From assembly GCA_016213085.1 (NCBI GenBank), contig JACRBU010000157.1:1065-65064 (forward strand): a DNA stretch of 64,000 bases, written 5' to 3'. How positions within the stretch are numbered: position 1 is the first letter of the stretch; the number at the start of each line of letters is the position of its first letter. Of the stretch, positions 34,206-44,301 are shown one piece after another. The notes beneath the pieces were generated by a model that was given only the letters and a program-made list of their open reading frames with translations, did no database searches and had not been told where the DNA came from. The position numbers and the translations under genes are program-made. This DNA is from Coriobacteriales bacterium (lineage in GTDB: Bacteria; Actinomycetota; Coriobacteriia; Anaerosomatales; JACRBU01).

Positions 34206-35735
34206 ATGCGCAACCTGCCCGCAGCGCTCATCATCCTGGACGGCTTCGGCATGGCCGATGGCGGCACCGGCAACGCCATCGCACGCGCCAACACGCCGAA
34301 CCTCGACAGACTCTTCGCCGAGAACCCCATGACCCTGCTCGAAGCCTCCGGGCTTTCGGTCGGTCTTCCCGAAGGGCAGATGGGCAACAGCGAGGTCGGC
34401 CACTTGAACATCGGTGCGGGACGGGTCGTCTACCAGGAGCTCACGCGCATCAACATGGCTATCGAGGACGGCACCCTGTTCGAGAACCCGGTGCTGATCG
34501 AGGCGATGGACCGCGCGGCAGCGGCCGGCACGGCCGTGCACTTCATGGGCCTGCTCTCGGACGGTGGCGTTCACAGCCATGAGGACCACCTGTTCGCTCT
34601 GGTACGGATGGCGCAAGAGCGCGGTGCCTCGCGCGTCTTCGTGCACGCCATCCTCGACGGCCGTGACGTGCCTCCGACTTCGGGACTCGGGTACGTGGAG
34701 ACCCTCGAGGCACGGATGCGCGAGCTTGGCATCGGCGAGATCGCTACGGTCATGGGACGCTACTGGGCGATGGACCGCGACAACCGCTGGGACCGCGTGC
34801 AGCGGGCCTGGCGGGCGATGGTTCTCGGCGAAGGCGTCCCGGCGGAAGACGCGCCTTCGGCTGTCTCAGCGTCGTACGCCAACGACGTGACCGACGAGTT
34901 CGTCGAGCCCGCGATCGTCGAGCGGGAGGGTTCTCCCATCGCCCGGATGAGCGATGGAGACACCGTCGTATTCTTCAACTTCCGCCCCGATCGTGCGCGC
35001 GAGATCACGAGAGCGCTGGTCGACCCGACGTTCCTCGGCTTCGAGCGGCCGGCGTTCCCGTCACTGGAGTTCGTCTGCCTTACCGAATACGACCCGACCA
35101 TCCCGGCTCCGATCGCGTTCCCGAAGGACCTGCCGAACAACGTCCTCGCCGACGTGCTCGCCGCACACGGATTGCGTCAGCTGCATATCGCGGAGACCGA
35201 GAAGTATGCGCACGTCACCTTCTTCCTGAACGGCGGGGTGGAGACTCCCAAGCAAGGTGAGGAGCGGATTCTCGTTCCGAGCCCGAAGATCCCCACATAC
35301 GATGCCCAGCCGGAGATGAGCGCTCCGAAGGTGACCGAAGAGCTCGTGAACGCGATCGGCCGCGACGCAGCGGACGTCTACATCGTCAACTACGCGAACT
35401 GCGACATGGTCGGCCACACAGGCGATCTCGAGGCGGCGATAGCCGCGGTGGAGGCGGTCGACGCGGGCGTGGGTGCGGTGGTGGAGGCGATCACCGCCAA
35501 AGGGGGAGCGGTTCTCTTGACCGCCGATCACGGCAATGCGGAAGACATGGTCACCGACGAAGGATCGCCCGTGACGGCCCATACGCTCTCGGCAGTCCCG
35601 CTGGTAGTCACGGCCGACGGAGTGACGGCCCTGGCCGACGGCGGGATCCTGGCGGACGTGGCGCCGACACTCCTGGACGTCATCGGCATCGCCCCCCCGA
35701 GCGAATGGACGGGCAGGTCGCTGTTGATATACTAG
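34206..35735 (+). CDS. gpmI: 2,3-bisphosphoglycerate-independent phosphoglycerate mutase
   Basis: ATG at 34206, directly after the tpiA stop. Contains ILDGFG, GNSEVGHLNIGAGR, VNYANCDMVGHTG and TADHGNAE. Confidence 0.93.
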   Translation: MRNLPAALIILDGFGMADGGTGNAIARANTPNLDRLFAENPMTLLEASGLSVGLPEGQMGNSEVGHLNIGAGRVVYQELTRINMAIEDGTLFENPVLIEAMDRAAAAGTAVHFMGLLSDGGVHSHEDHLFALVRMAQERGASRVFVHAILDGRDVPPTSGLGYVETLEARMRELGIGEIATVMGRYWAMDRDNRWDRVQRAWRAMVLGEGVPAEDAPSAVSASYANDVTDEFVEPAIVEREGSPIARMSDGDTVVFFNFRPDRAREITRALVDPTFLGFERPAFPSLEFVCLTEYDPTIPAPIAFPKDLPNNVLADVLAAHGLRQLHIAETEKYAHVTFFLNGGVETPKQGEERILVPSPKIPTYDAQPEMSAPKVTEELVNAIGRDAADVYIVNYANCDMVGHTGDLEAAIAAVEAVDAGVGAVVEAITAKGGAVLLTADHGNAEDMVTDEGSPVTAHTLSAVPLVVTADGVTALADGGILADVAPTLLDVIGIAPPSEWTGRSLLIY

Positions 35736-35763
35736 GTCAGCGGCGGACTGAGCCGCCGCTGAC
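35736..35763 (+). terminator. Perfect 11-bp hairpin immediately after gpmI
   Basis: GTCAGCGGCGG-ACTGAG-CCGCCGCTGAC followed by TTGG. Confidence 0.6.
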
Positions 35764-35892
35764 TTGGCGAATCGAGCAGACGCTGCGCGCAGCTCATTCG
35801 CCAATCGGCGGAAGCCTATGCCAATCGGCACAGCCCGATCCGCCACGGCGTGTGTCTCTGCCGGCTTTGCACCAACGCTGACCTGAGGAGTT

Positions 35893-36144
35893 GTGCACGT
35901 GAACGCGTTCGTCATCCTGTTTGTCATCATCGAGATCATCTCCGCCGCCGGACTGGTGGTCTTCGTTCTCCTGCACTCCGGCCGCGGCGCCGGAGTTTCC
36001 GAGATGTTCGGCGGCGTCATGCCGGCGACCTCGAGCGGAACCGGCATCATCGAGAAGAACCTCGATCGCATCACGATCGCGCTTGCTGTGATCTTTGTCG
36101 TTTCCCTGCTGGTGCTCATGGTCATCTGGCCGTCGGGGATCTAG
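35893..36144 (+). CDS. secG: Preprotein translocase subunit SecG
   Basis: Small two-TM protein containing LLHSGRGAGVSEMFGG. The in-frame GTG at 35899 has better SD spacing and may be the true start. Confidence 0.85.
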   Translation: MHVNAFVILFVIIEIISAAGLVVFVLLHSGRGAGVSEMFGGVMPATSSGTGIIEKNLDRITIALAVIFVVSLLVLMVIWPSGI

Positions 36145-36246
36145 AGCACCGAGGGAAGCCGGTACGATTGCCTGAAGAGGGGGGAGCGGCGACCAGCTGC
36201 CGACTCGCACCCTTCGCCTTGAGTAGAAGGACGGAAGGAGGCGCTG

Positions 36247-37974
36247 GTGCACGCTAAGCCGCGCATCGTTCTCGCCACGCTGCTGGTGGTCGCGCTGATC
36301 ACGACTGCTCTGACCGGGTCCGGATGCGTTCGGACCGGCCAAGACGGGCAGCAGCCGCCTTCGAACGTGCCGCAGAAGGGCGGCACGATGACCTTCTCGA
36401 TCGGCAATCCGAACTACATCGACCCGTACAACGCATTCGAATCGGAAGGCATCCAGGTCGAGCAGGTCCTGTTCGACAGCCTGACCGCTTTCGATCCGCT
36501 CAATCCCGACAACGTGGTGCCTGCCGCTGCGGAGTCCTGGTCTTCGAATCCCGACGGCAGCGTCTGGACCTTCAAGCTTCGGCGCGATGCGCAGTTCTCG
36601 GATGGCACGACGGTGACCGCGAGCGACTTCATCTACGCGTGGAACCGGATCGCGAGTCCGGCGACCGTGAACACCTCGACCCGCAAGAGGGATCCGTCCC
36701 TGGTGTACTACCACCTCTCTCAGGTCGAGGGCTTCGCCGAGGTACAGAGCGGTGACGTCCCCGAGATGAAGGGCCTGAAGGCGATCGACGACTACACGCT
36801 CGAAGTGACGCTCTCGTCTCCGTTCGCGGACTTCGACTACGTGGTCGCCCACCCGGCGCTGGCACCGGTTCCCAAGAAGTACGTGCAGGGCGGCATTCCG
36901 TACAAGGGACGGAAGGTCCCCTTCGGCGACATGCCCATCGGTAACGGCCCCTTCAAGATGGCGGAACCGTGGGCTCCGAATCGCTTCATCAAGGTGGTTC
37001 GGAACGAACGGTACAAGAACGGCCCGGCTCCCTATCTCGACGGCGTGGACTTCCTCATCTTCAAGGACCTGGAGACTGCGTATCGGGAGTTCGAGGCGGG
37101 CAATCTGGACTTCACGCAGATCGGCGCAGGGAAGATCAAGGACGCTCAGACGAAGTACGGCACTTCTGACAACGGCTACACGGCCAATCCCGGCAAGCAG
37201 GTCGTGTTGGGTGCTTTGAACTCGACGGTCTTCCTCGTGTTCAACGTGCGCGACGAGTCGATGTCGAACCCCGATCTTCGCAGGGCCGTGTCGCTGGCGA
37301 TCAATCGTCAGGCAATCGCCGATGTCGCCTTCGAGGGGACGACTCAGCCTGCCGACAACATCGTGTCGCCGGGGATCGCGGGGTACACGCGCGGTCAGTG
37401 GGTCGACTCCAAGTACGACAAGGCCGGCGCCCAGGCCGCTCTCGTCGCGGCCGGATACCCGAACGGTCAGGGTCTTCCGACCATCAAGCTGTCGTTCAAC
37501 AACGACGGTGGGCACGAGCGCATGATGCAGCTCATCCAGGCCGATCTACAGGCCGTTGGCATCAAGGCGGAATTCGATTCGACCGACAGCGGCGCATACC
37601 TGGCGCAGCTGGACGCGAGGGACTTCGCCATCGGGCGCCTCGAGTGGCCCGTCGACTACCCGATCATGGACAACTTCCTGTACCCCCTGTTCAACAGCAA
37701 GTCGACGCAGAACAAGGGCGGCTATCGGAACCCCGACGTTGACGAAGCCCTCGATGACGCTCGGGCGATGACCGATCAACAGCAGCGTATTCGCTCCTAC
37801 CAGGAGATCAACAACACCATCCAGAGCGATAATCCGGCCGCCCCGCTGACCTTCGGCAGAATGCACTCGGTGGCCTCGTCACGGGTCAACAACTTCACGT
37901 ACAGCGCCCAAGGCCTCGGCGACTTCACACAGGTGTGGCTTACGGAGAGCAAAGAGGGTAGCGAGGAGCAGTAG
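36247..37974 (+). CDS. ABC transporter substrate-binding lipoprotein, family 5 (peptide/nickel, OppA/DppA-like)
   Basis: 575 aa with a lipobox (LTGSGC) and typical family-5 blocks (F.L.....FSDG.P.TA.DF..S). GGAAGGAGG lies before the GTG. Confidence 0.9.
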   Translation: MHAKPRIVLATLLVVALITTALTGSGCVRTGQDGQQPPSNVPQKGGTMTFSIGNPNYIDPYNAFESEGIQVEQVLFDSLTAFDPLNPDNVVPAAAESWSSNPDGSVWTFKLRRDAQFSDGTTVTASDFIYAWNRIASPATVNTSTRKRDPSLVYYHLSQVEGFAEVQSGDVPEMKGLKAIDDYTLEVTLSSPFADFDYVVAHPALAPVPKKYVQGGIPYKGRKVPFGDMPIGNGPFKMAEPWAPNRFIKVVRNERYKNGPAPYLDGVDFLIFKDLETAYREFEAGNLDFTQIGAGKIKDAQTKYGTSDNGYTANPGKQVVLGALNSTVFLVFNVRDESMSNPDLRRAVSLAINRQAIADVAFEGTTQPADNIVSPGIAGYTRGQWVDSKYDKAGAQAALVAAGYPNGQGLPTIKLSFNNDGGHERMMQLIQADLQAVGIKAEFDSTDSGAYLAQLDARDFAIGRLEWPVDYPIMDNFLYPLFNSKSTQNKGGYRNPDVDEALDDARAMTDQQQRIRSYQEINNTIQSDNPAAPLTFGRMHSVASSRVNNFTYSAQGLGDFTQVWLTESKEGSEEQ

Positions 37975-38058
37975 TCTCGGGTCGTGACTTCGGCGGTTCG
38001 CTGACGCCAGACGCGCTGAGGTCGCGGACCCCCTGCAAGTACACGGGAACGGCGCAAC

Positions 38059-39039
38059 ATGGTTGGCTACATCGGCCGAAGGCTCCTGCAATTCATCCCG
38101 GTACTTCTCGGGGTCACGCTGGTCCTGTTCTTCATCACGACGATCCTGCCGGGCGACCCGCTCACGCTGAGAACCGGTCAGCGCGGCATGTCCGCCGTGG
38201 TGCGCCTGCAGCTCGAGCGCGAGTATGGACTGGACAAGCCCTGGTACGAGCAGTACGCGAACTACCTCGGCGATCTCGCGCGCGGCGACCTCGGCACCTC
38301 GATCCGCACGGGAAAGCCGGTCGCGGGCATTCTCGCCCAGACGCTTCCGTACACGCTGCGCCTTGCGCTGGCCGCTCTCCTCGTCGAGATCTTCGTCGGG
38401 ATCGGCGCGGGCATCGTCGGGGCCGTCAGGCATCGCTCGTTCTGGGACGTGCTCGTGACGCTGTCGAGCTCTCTGATGGCCGCCGTGCCCATCTTCTGGC
38501 TTGGGTTGCTGTTGCAGTACTTCTTCGGGATATGGCTGAAAGAGTGGACCGGCGGCCGGTTCTACCTCCCCGTCTCGGGCGCGAGCGGACCGCAGTTCCC
38601 TGACATCGCCTACATCATCCTGCCAGCCATCACTATGGCCGCCGTTTCGACGGCTCTCGCCGCACGGATCACCAGGAACCAGCTGCTCGAAGTCGCGAAC
38701 GAAGACTACATCCGAACCGCCCGCGCCAAAGGCCTCTCTCCCAACCGCGTGCTGTGGAATCACTCGATGAGGAACTCACTGGTTCCCATCGTCACCTTCC
38801 TCGGGATCGACCTGAGCGCCATGCTCTCCGGGGCGGTGCTGACCGAGACCGTGTTCAACTGGCCCGGAATCGGTTTCACCGTCTACCAGGCCATTCAGGG
38901 GCGTGATTACCCGGTCATCTTCGGGGCCGTCATCGTGGTGTTGGCGCTCGTCATGGCGGTGAACCTCGCGGTCGACGTTTCGTATGCGTTCATCGACCCT
39001 CGCATGCGAATGGGATCGGATAGCGAGGGCCTACGGTGA
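38059..39039 (+). CDS. ABC peptide transporter permease (DppB/OppB-like)
   Basis: 326 aa with the N-terminal RRLLQFIPVLLGVT and the EAA-loop region DYIRTARAKGLS. Confidence 0.9.
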   Translation: MVGYIGRRLLQFIPVLLGVTLVLFFITTILPGDPLTLRTGQRGMSAVVRLQLEREYGLDKPWYEQYANYLGDLARGDLGTSIRTGKPVAGILAQTLPYTLRLALAALLVEIFVGIGAGIVGAVRHRSFWDVLVTLSSSLMAAVPIFWLGLLLQYFFGIWLKEWTGGRFYLPVSGASGPQFPDIAYIILPAITMAAVSTALAARITRNQLLEVANEDYIRTARAKGLSPNRVLWNHSMRNSLVPIVTFLGIDLSAMLSGAVLTETVFNWPGIGFTVYQAIQGRDYPVIFGAVIVVLALVMAVNLAVDVSYAFIDPRMRMGSDSEGLR

Positions 39040-39944
39040 GGCGCACTGACGACACGTCGCAGCGGCTCGCCATCCCGCATCCGTGGCTGAGTGCGTGGCG
39101 CCGTCTGCTCGCGAACAGGCCCTCGGTCGTCGCGCTCGTGTTCCTTGGCCTCCTGCTCGTTCTCGCGATCACCGCCGATATGTGGGCGCCGAGCATGCTC
39201 GGGGACCCGGACACGATCGACACGACTACCGTGGCAACGCAACGACTGCTTCCACCGTCGGCCACGCACCCTCTCGGGACAGACGACGTCGGCCTCGACG
39301 TGCTTGCCCGCCTCATCTACGGCGCTCGCGTTTCGCTGGCGGTCGGCATCCTGGCGGTCGCCGTCTCGCTCGCCGTCGGCATCGTCTTGGGTGGAGCGTC
39401 CGGCTACTTCGGCGGGTTCGCCGACGCCGCCATCATGCGACTCGCCGATGTCTTCCTCGCGCTGCCCTTCATGCTGCTGGCGATCCTTCTGCTCGCGGTG
39501 GTCCCGGATCACTCGCGCGGACTCGGCCCGATGGTCCTCACGATCGGTCTGCTCGGCTGGCCCCCGATCGCGAGGGTCTTCCGGTCGTCGGTGATGCAGG
39601 TCCGCGAGAGCGATTTCGTCCTGGCTTCAAGGTCCTTCGGCGCCGGGCCCGGCCGCATCATGTCCGAGCACATCGCTCCAAATGCCGTGGTCCCCGTGAT
39701 CTCGCTCGCGACGATGGCCGTCGGTGGCGCCATTCTTGCCGAATCGGCGCTGAGCTTCCTGGGACTGGGAGTCGCTTGGCCCACGCCCTCGTGGGGCCGG
39801 ATGATCGAGGAAGGATGGCCGTTCCTGTCCACGGCGCCCGGCCTCGTGCTCTGGCCTGGACTCGCGATCATGAGCACGGTCCTCGCGTTCATGGTGATCG
39901 GTGACGGCCTCCGCCAGGCCCTCGACATCAGGGCGGGTGAGTAG
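39036..39944 (+). CDS. ABC peptide transporter permease (DppC/OppC-like)
   Basis: 302 aa with HPLGTDDVGLDVLARLIYGAR and an EAA-loop region. Its start overlaps the previous stop. Confidence 0.9.
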   Translation: MRRTDDTSQRLAIPHPWLSAWRRLLANRPSVVALVFLGLLLVLAITADMWAPSMLGDPDTIDTTTVATQRLLPPSATHPLGTDDVGLDVLARLIYGARVSLAVGILAVAVSLAVGIVLGGASGYFGGFADAAIMRLADVFLALPFMLLAILLLAVVPDHSRGLGPMVLTIGLLGWPPIARVFRSSVMQVRESDFVLASRSFGAGPGRIMSEHIAPNAVVPVISLATMAVGGAILAESALSFLGLGVAWPTPSWGRMIEEGWPFLSTAPGLVLWPGLAIMSTVLAFMVIGDGLRQALDIRAGE

Positions 39945-39948
39945 CCCC

Positions 39949-40983
39949 GTGGCCGTGAGAGCGCCCATGCCAGTCGGCGCCGCCCCCGCACTCGAGATCG
40001 ACGGCCTTTCGGTGCGGATCGACACGAGACATGGTCCGGTGTTCCCCGTCGACGGCGTCTCATTCGAACTCCGTGCCGGCGAGACCCTGGCCATCGTGGG
40101 GGAGTCCGGCAGCGGCAAGACGATGACAGCCCTCGCCATCATGGGACTCCTGCCGAACCTTGCGTGCATCGACTCAGGAGAGGTCCGCTTCGCCGGCCGC
40201 TCGCTCGCGGAGCTGCCCGAAGCCGAACTGCGCGCTGTTCGTGGCGACAGCATCGCGATGATCCATCAGGACCCCGCGGCCGCGCTCGATCCCGTCATGC
40301 CTGTAGGCAACCAGATCGCGGAGGCCTTGACGGCGCATCGCCAGCTGCGGCGAGGCGAGGCGATGGGGCGCGCACGCGAGCTGCTCGAAGCTGTGGGCGT
40401 GGGTGATGCGTCGCGCCGCTCGCGGGAGTATCCGCACCAGTTCTCGGGCGGGATGAAGCAGCGCGCCGGCATCGCGATGGCTGTCGCGAACGACCCCGAC
40501 GTCTTGATCGCCGACGAGCCGACGACCGCGCTCGACGTCACGATCCAGGCCCAGATCCTCCAGCTGCTCAAGGACCTGCAGGGGCGCACGGGGATGTCCG
40601 TGCTCCTGATCACGCACGACCTGGCGGTCGTGGCCGACGTGGCGGACCGCGTGCTCGTCATGTATGCGGGACACGTCGTCGAGTGCGGGCCCGTGGATGG
40701 GGTGTTCCGCGACCCGCGGCACTACTACACCAAGGCGCTGCTGGGATCCGCGCTTCGCCATGACGATGCGGACTCAGACCTCGTCTCCATCGAGGGCCAG
40801 CCGCCGAGGCTCCTGCACCTGCCGAGCGGATGCCCGTTCCATCCGCGGTGCTCGTCGCGCCGAGAGCTGTGCGTCACGGAGACGCCAGTTCTGCGCCCGA
40901 TCGGCGACGGACGCGTCGTCGCGTGCCACTACGCGGCCGAGTGGGATCGCGATCGACCCGCGCCCGGAGGCGACGCGCGATGA
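39949..40983 (+). CDS. ABC peptide transporter ATPase (OppD/DppD-like)
   Basis: Walker A GESGSGKT, signature FSGGMKQR, Walker B LIADEPTTALD and a C-terminal oligopeptide Cys motif (CPFHPRC). The start lies among in-frame GTG/ATG codons at 39949-39967, after the permease stop. Confidence 0.9.
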   Translation: MAVRAPMPVGAAPALEIDGLSVRIDTRHGPVFPVDGVSFELRAGETLAIVGESGSGKTMTALAIMGLLPNLACIDSGEVRFAGRSLAELPEAELRAVRGDSIAMIHQDPAAALDPVMPVGNQIAEALTAHRQLRRGEAMGRARELLEAVGVGDASRRSREYPHQFSGGMKQRAGIAMAVANDPDVLIADEPTTALDVTIQAQILQLLKDLQGRTGMSVLLITHDLAVVADVADRVLVMYAGHVVECGPVDGVFRDPRHYYTKALLGSALRHDDADSDLVSIEGQPPRLLHLPSGCPFHPRCSSRRELCVTETPVLRPIGDGRVVACHYAAEWDRDRPAPGGDAR

Positions 40984-42017
40984 CCGAGCAGTCCACGAAC
41001 GCCGTCGCGTCGCACGCCGAGCTCCTTCGCGTCGAGGACCTCCGAGTGGTCTACCCGGGTCGGCGCTCCCTCTTCGGTGACGTCTCGCCGGCCTTGCCCG
41101 CGGTGGACTCCGTCTCCTTCAGCGCGAACGCGGGCGAGGTCCTTGGCATCGCGGGCGAATCCGGCTGCGGGAAGTCCACCCTCGGGCGAGCCGTCGCGAG
41201 GCTCGTTCCGGTCTCGAGTGGCCGCATCGTCTTCGACGGCGCCGACGCCCTCTCCCTGCAGGGCGCACGACTCGCCGAGTACCGGCGCAGCGTGCAGCTC
41301 GTCTTCCAGGACCCCTTGGCGTCGATGAACCCGAGGATTCCCGTTGCCAGGTCTATCGTCGAGCCGCTCGATATAGGCGGCGTCGCCGCGAACGGATCGC
41401 GAGAGAAGCGGGTCCGAGAGCTCCTCGCGCTGGTCGGTCTGACGGTGGCCGACGGCAACAGCTATCCGCACCAGCTCTCGGGAGGTGAGCTCCAGCGCGC
41501 TGGCATCGCTCGCGCACTGGCCCTCAGCCCGCGGCTGCTCATCGCCGACGAACCCGTGTCCGCTCTGGACGTCTCCATACAGGCCCAGGTCCTCGAACTC
41601 CTGCGCGAGCTTCGGCATCGGTTGGGGCTGTCGATGATCTTCATCACGCACGATCTCTCCGTGATGCGGCATGTCGCCGACCGGGTCGCCGTCATGTACC
41701 TCGGCGAGATCGTCGAGCTCGCGGACCGCATTGACGCGTTCGAGCGCCCGTGCCATCCGTATACGGAGGCGCTGATCTCCGCCATTCCCGTCCCCGATCC
41801 TCGGGTGCAGCGTTCACGCCGGCGGATCATCCTCGGTGGGGAGCCGCCGAGCCCGTCCGATCCACCTCCAGGATGCAGATTCCATCCAAGGTGCCCGATC
41901 GCGCAACCGCTTTGTCGAGAGCAGCGTCCCACGCTCCGCGATGTGGACGATGGGCACGTCGCGGCCTGCCATTTCGCTCGGCCGAACCCGATCACCGACC
42001 TCAGGCTGACGGGGTAG
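40980..42017 (+). CDS. ABC peptide transporter ATPase (OppF/DppF-like)
   Basis: The ATG at 40980 overlaps the previous stop (ATGA). Contains GESGCGKST, LSGGELQR, LIADEPVSALD and CRFHPRC. Confidence 0.9.
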   Translation: MTEQSTNAVASHAELLRVEDLRVVYPGRRSLFGDVSPALPAVDSVSFSANAGEVLGIAGESGCGKSTLGRAVARLVPVSSGRIVFDGADALSLQGARLAEYRRSVQLVFQDPLASMNPRIPVARSIVEPLDIGGVAANGSREKRVRELLALVGLTVADGNSYPHQLSGGELQRAGIARALALSPRLLIADEPVSALDVSIQAQVLELLRELRHRLGLSMIFITHDLSVMRHVADRVAVMYLGEIVELADRIDAFERPCHPYTEALISAIPVPDPRVQRSRRRIILGGEPPSPSDPPPGCRFHPRCPIAQPLCREQRPTLRDVDDGHVAACHFARPNPITDLRLTG

Positions 42018-42110
42018 CGGCCGGGCGAGAACGGTACTGCTCAGAGGGCTGGTATCGGGACAGGGAGGCTGCTATACTGCCGTTCGCTGTCCCTGTCTGA
42101 GGGGCGGTTC

Positions 42111-42197
42111 GTCGGAGTGGCGGAATGGCAGACGCGCTAGGTTGAGGGCCTAGTGTCCCCTAGGGACGTGTGGGTTCAACTCCCACCTCCGACACCA
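42111..42197 (+). tRNA. tRNA-Leu (anticodon GAG), with encoded CCA
   Basis: Acceptor stem GTCGGAG/CTCCGAC, anticodon stem-loop CTAGG-TTGAGGG-CCTAG, a long variable arm, and T-arm GTGGG-TTCAACT-CCCAC, then A-CCA. Confidence 0.9.
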
Positions 42198-42209
42198 TGA
42201 ATGACCAGC

Positions 42210-42241
42210 GGCTCTCCCTTCGAGGGGGAGCCGTTTTCGTT
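42210..42241 (+). terminator. Rho-independent terminator after tRNA-Leu
   Basis: A 9-bp stem GGCTCTCCC/GGGGGAGCC (one G-U pair), loop TTCGA, then GTTTTCGTT. Confidence 0.7.
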
Positions 42242-42292
42242 GGTAGGGCCCATACGGCGCTCGGCTACACTGGTGCTCGAGGAGGGATCCCA

Positions 42293-43009
42293 GTGATCGG
42301 ATTCGCCACCATCGAAGTCGGGCGAGGCGGATTGCCGTCGTGTCGACTCTGCGTTCCGAGCGTACCGATGGCGCCGCGCTCCTCGGCCGACGTCGTCGCC
42401 GACGTTCGCCGCGTCGCCGAGAGCTGGGCGGCCGGGCCCGGCCCCAACATCGCGCTGGTGGGCGGGGACGCGTTCGCGCACCCCGGACTCCCGTCGATCG
42501 TTTCGCAGAGTGTGGCCCTCGGTGTCGAGCGAGTCAGACTGCAGACCTCCGGTGCGCCACTCGCCGCTCACGGCAACGCTCTCGGTGCGTTGCGCGCGGG
42601 CGTACGCCACGTCGATGTCGTACTGCTCGCCGGTGATTCCGGCAACCACGATGCACTCTGCGGCACCGAGCAGGCCTTCACCGCGGCCGTGAACGGCATG
42701 GCGGGATGGCGCGAGGCTTCGGATGAGGACCGCCATCCGACGGTGCTCACCGGCACCGTCCCGGTATGCCGCCACACGCTTGTCCACGTACCTGCCGCGG
42801 TCGCCGCATTCGCGCGGGCGGGGGCGATCGCGGTCCACCTCGCGGTGAGCGCCCACGCAGCTGCGGACCCCGCGCTCTCGGAATGGATCGGGGCCGGCGC
42901 CGACACCGGCGTCGTCAACGGGATCTGGGTGAGCGTCGAGGGCGTCCGTCCGGGCACCGTCCCGTCCCTTCACGAGCGCAGCGTCTACGCGCTGCTGAAC
43001 TCAACGTGA
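42293..43009 (+). CDS. Radical-SAM-like protein lacking the CxxxCxxC cluster motif (degenerate rSAM fold)
   Basis: GTG at 42293 preceded by GGAGGG. Track ORF 42170 overlaps the tRNA and its terminator, so it is false. The expected motif position reads SCRLCVPS (CxxC only), but the downstream LVGGDAFAHPGLPSIV...VRLQTSG resembles an rSAM core. Confidence 0.5.
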   Translation: MIGFATIEVGRGGLPSCRLCVPSVPMAPRSSADVVADVRRVAESWAAGPGPNIALVGGDAFAHPGLPSIVSQSVALGVERVRLQTSGAPLAAHGNALGALRAGVRHVDVVLLAGDSGNHDALCGTEQAFTAAVNGMAGWREASDEDRHPTVLTGTVPVCRHTLVHVPAAVAAFARAGAIAVHLAVSAHAAADPALSEWIGAGADTGVVNGIWVSVEGVRPGTVPSLHERSVYALLNST

Positions 43010-44301
43010 GCACGGCTGCCCTCAAAGTCGCGCTCATCGGCGTGAACAGTCCCGGCTACCGGTCGCTCGCGCTCGGGTTCCTCCGGGCGCACGCCCAGGC
43101 CGACCCGCGTCTGTCCGACGTTGGATTCCAGACGCTCGACCTGGACACGGACGCCGACCCATGGTGGATCGCGTGGCGGGTGCTCGCGCTCGACCCTGAG
43201 GTAGTCGCCCTCTCCGTCACCTGCTGGAACGCGCGCATCGTCTACGAGGTCGCCCGAATCGTCCGTGCGGCCAAGCCCAACGCATCCATCCTCCTCGGAG
43301 GTCCCGAAGTCGGTCCCATCGCCGAAGACGTGCTGCGCGCGCATCCGAACGTCGACGCGGTAGTCCGGGGCGAGGGCGAGATCACGTTCGCCGACCTTCT
43401 CGTCGCGCTCAAGGACGGCGCGGAGCCGGCGGACGTGCCGGGTGTGACCGCCCGCCGCGACGGCGGAGTCGCCTCCGCGCCCGACCGCCCCCTGATAGAG
43501 GACCTCGACAACGTGCCATCTCCCTACCTCTCGGGAGTCCTCGAGCCGGTGGATGGCTCCACATACCTCGAAACCTACCGGGGGTGCCCCCACCGCTGCG
43601 CCTACTGCTTCGAAGGCAAGGGGTACGGACGACTCCGGCGATTCTCCGAGGCGCGTGTGGCCGCCGAGATCGACTTCGTGGCGACGTCTGAGGGGGTCAG
43701 GTCCTTCTCCTTCATCGACCCCGTGTTCAACCTCACGCCGAAGAGGCTGAAGTGGCTTGCCGAGCACCTCGAACCGTACGCGGCGAGCGGCATTCGTCTC
43801 CACACCGTCGAGGTGGACATCGAGTCCATCGACGAACGCTCCGCTTCGGAGCTCAAGCGGTGCGGGGTCGCGAGTGTCGAGACCGGTCCGCAGACGGTCG
43901 GAACGCGCGCGCTGCAGACCTGCCATCGCGACTTCGATCGGGCTGCCTTCGCCGCGGGGGTGGCCGCGTGCCGCAGCCAGGGAATCCGCGTCGAGACGGA
44001 CCTCATCATCGGCATGCCCGGTGACACCGCCGCCGATGTGCTGTCGGGAATCGACTTCACGATCTCGCTCGACCCCGGGACCGTGCAGCTCTCGACGCTG
44101 CACGTCCTGCCCGGGACCGAACTCTGGAACTCCGCCGCGGAGCTGGACCTGCGGTTCGATCCAGAGCCACCGCACGAGGTGATAGCGACTGGCGAGATGG
44201 ACTACCTTGAACTCCGCAGGCTCGAGGTCCTTGGCAACGCCATGGTCTCCGTCTACGCGGCCCGCGTACCGCACATCGGCACGGGAGGTGCCCTCGCATG
44301 A
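43006..44301 (+). CDS. B12-binding-domain radical SAM enzyme (class B)
   Basis: The GTG at 43006 overlaps the previous stop (GTGA). The N-terminal cobalamin-binding-like domain (VALSVTCWN...ILLGGPEV) is followed by YRGCPHRCAYCFEG (CxxxCxxC). Confidence 0.85.
   Translation: MSTAALKVALIGVNSPGYRSLALGFLRAHAQADPRLSDVGFQTLDLDTDADPWWIAWRVLALDPEVVALSVTCWNARIVYEVARIVRAAKPNASILLGGPEVGPIAEDVLRAHPNVDAVVRGEGEITFADLLVALKDGAEPADVPGVTARRDGGVASAPDRPLIEDLDNVPSPYLSGVLEPVDGSTYLETYRGCPHRCAYCFEGKGYGRLRRFSEARVAAEIDFVATSEGVRSFSFIDPVFNLTPKRLKWLAEHLEPYAASGIRLHTVEVDIESIDERSASELKRCGVASVETGPQTVGTRALQTCHRDFDRAAFAAGVAACRSQGIRVETDLIIGMPGDTAADVLSGIDFTISLDPGTVQLSTLHVLPGTELWNSAAELDLRFDPEPPHEVIATGEMDYLELRRLEVLGNAMVSVYAARVPHIGTGGALA

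Noticed and set aside
41505-41525. TGGCAT-N5-GCGCA with correct GG-N10-GC spacing, inside the oppF-like coding sequence.
   Set aside because: It is intragenic, no downstream gene start is served by it, and the -12 element is poor. I treat it as a chance match.
42170-42292. The 5' part of track ORF 42170..43009, including an in-frame ATG at 42197.
   Set aside because: It overlaps tRNA-Leu (42111-42197) and its rho-independent terminator (42210-42241). A GTG with a good SD occurs at 42293.
42018-42300. tRNA-Leu considered as an integration site for a genomic island.
   Set aside because: No integrase or recombinase is present. I found no direct repeat of the tRNA 3' end downstream. The flanking genes show no visible compositional shift.
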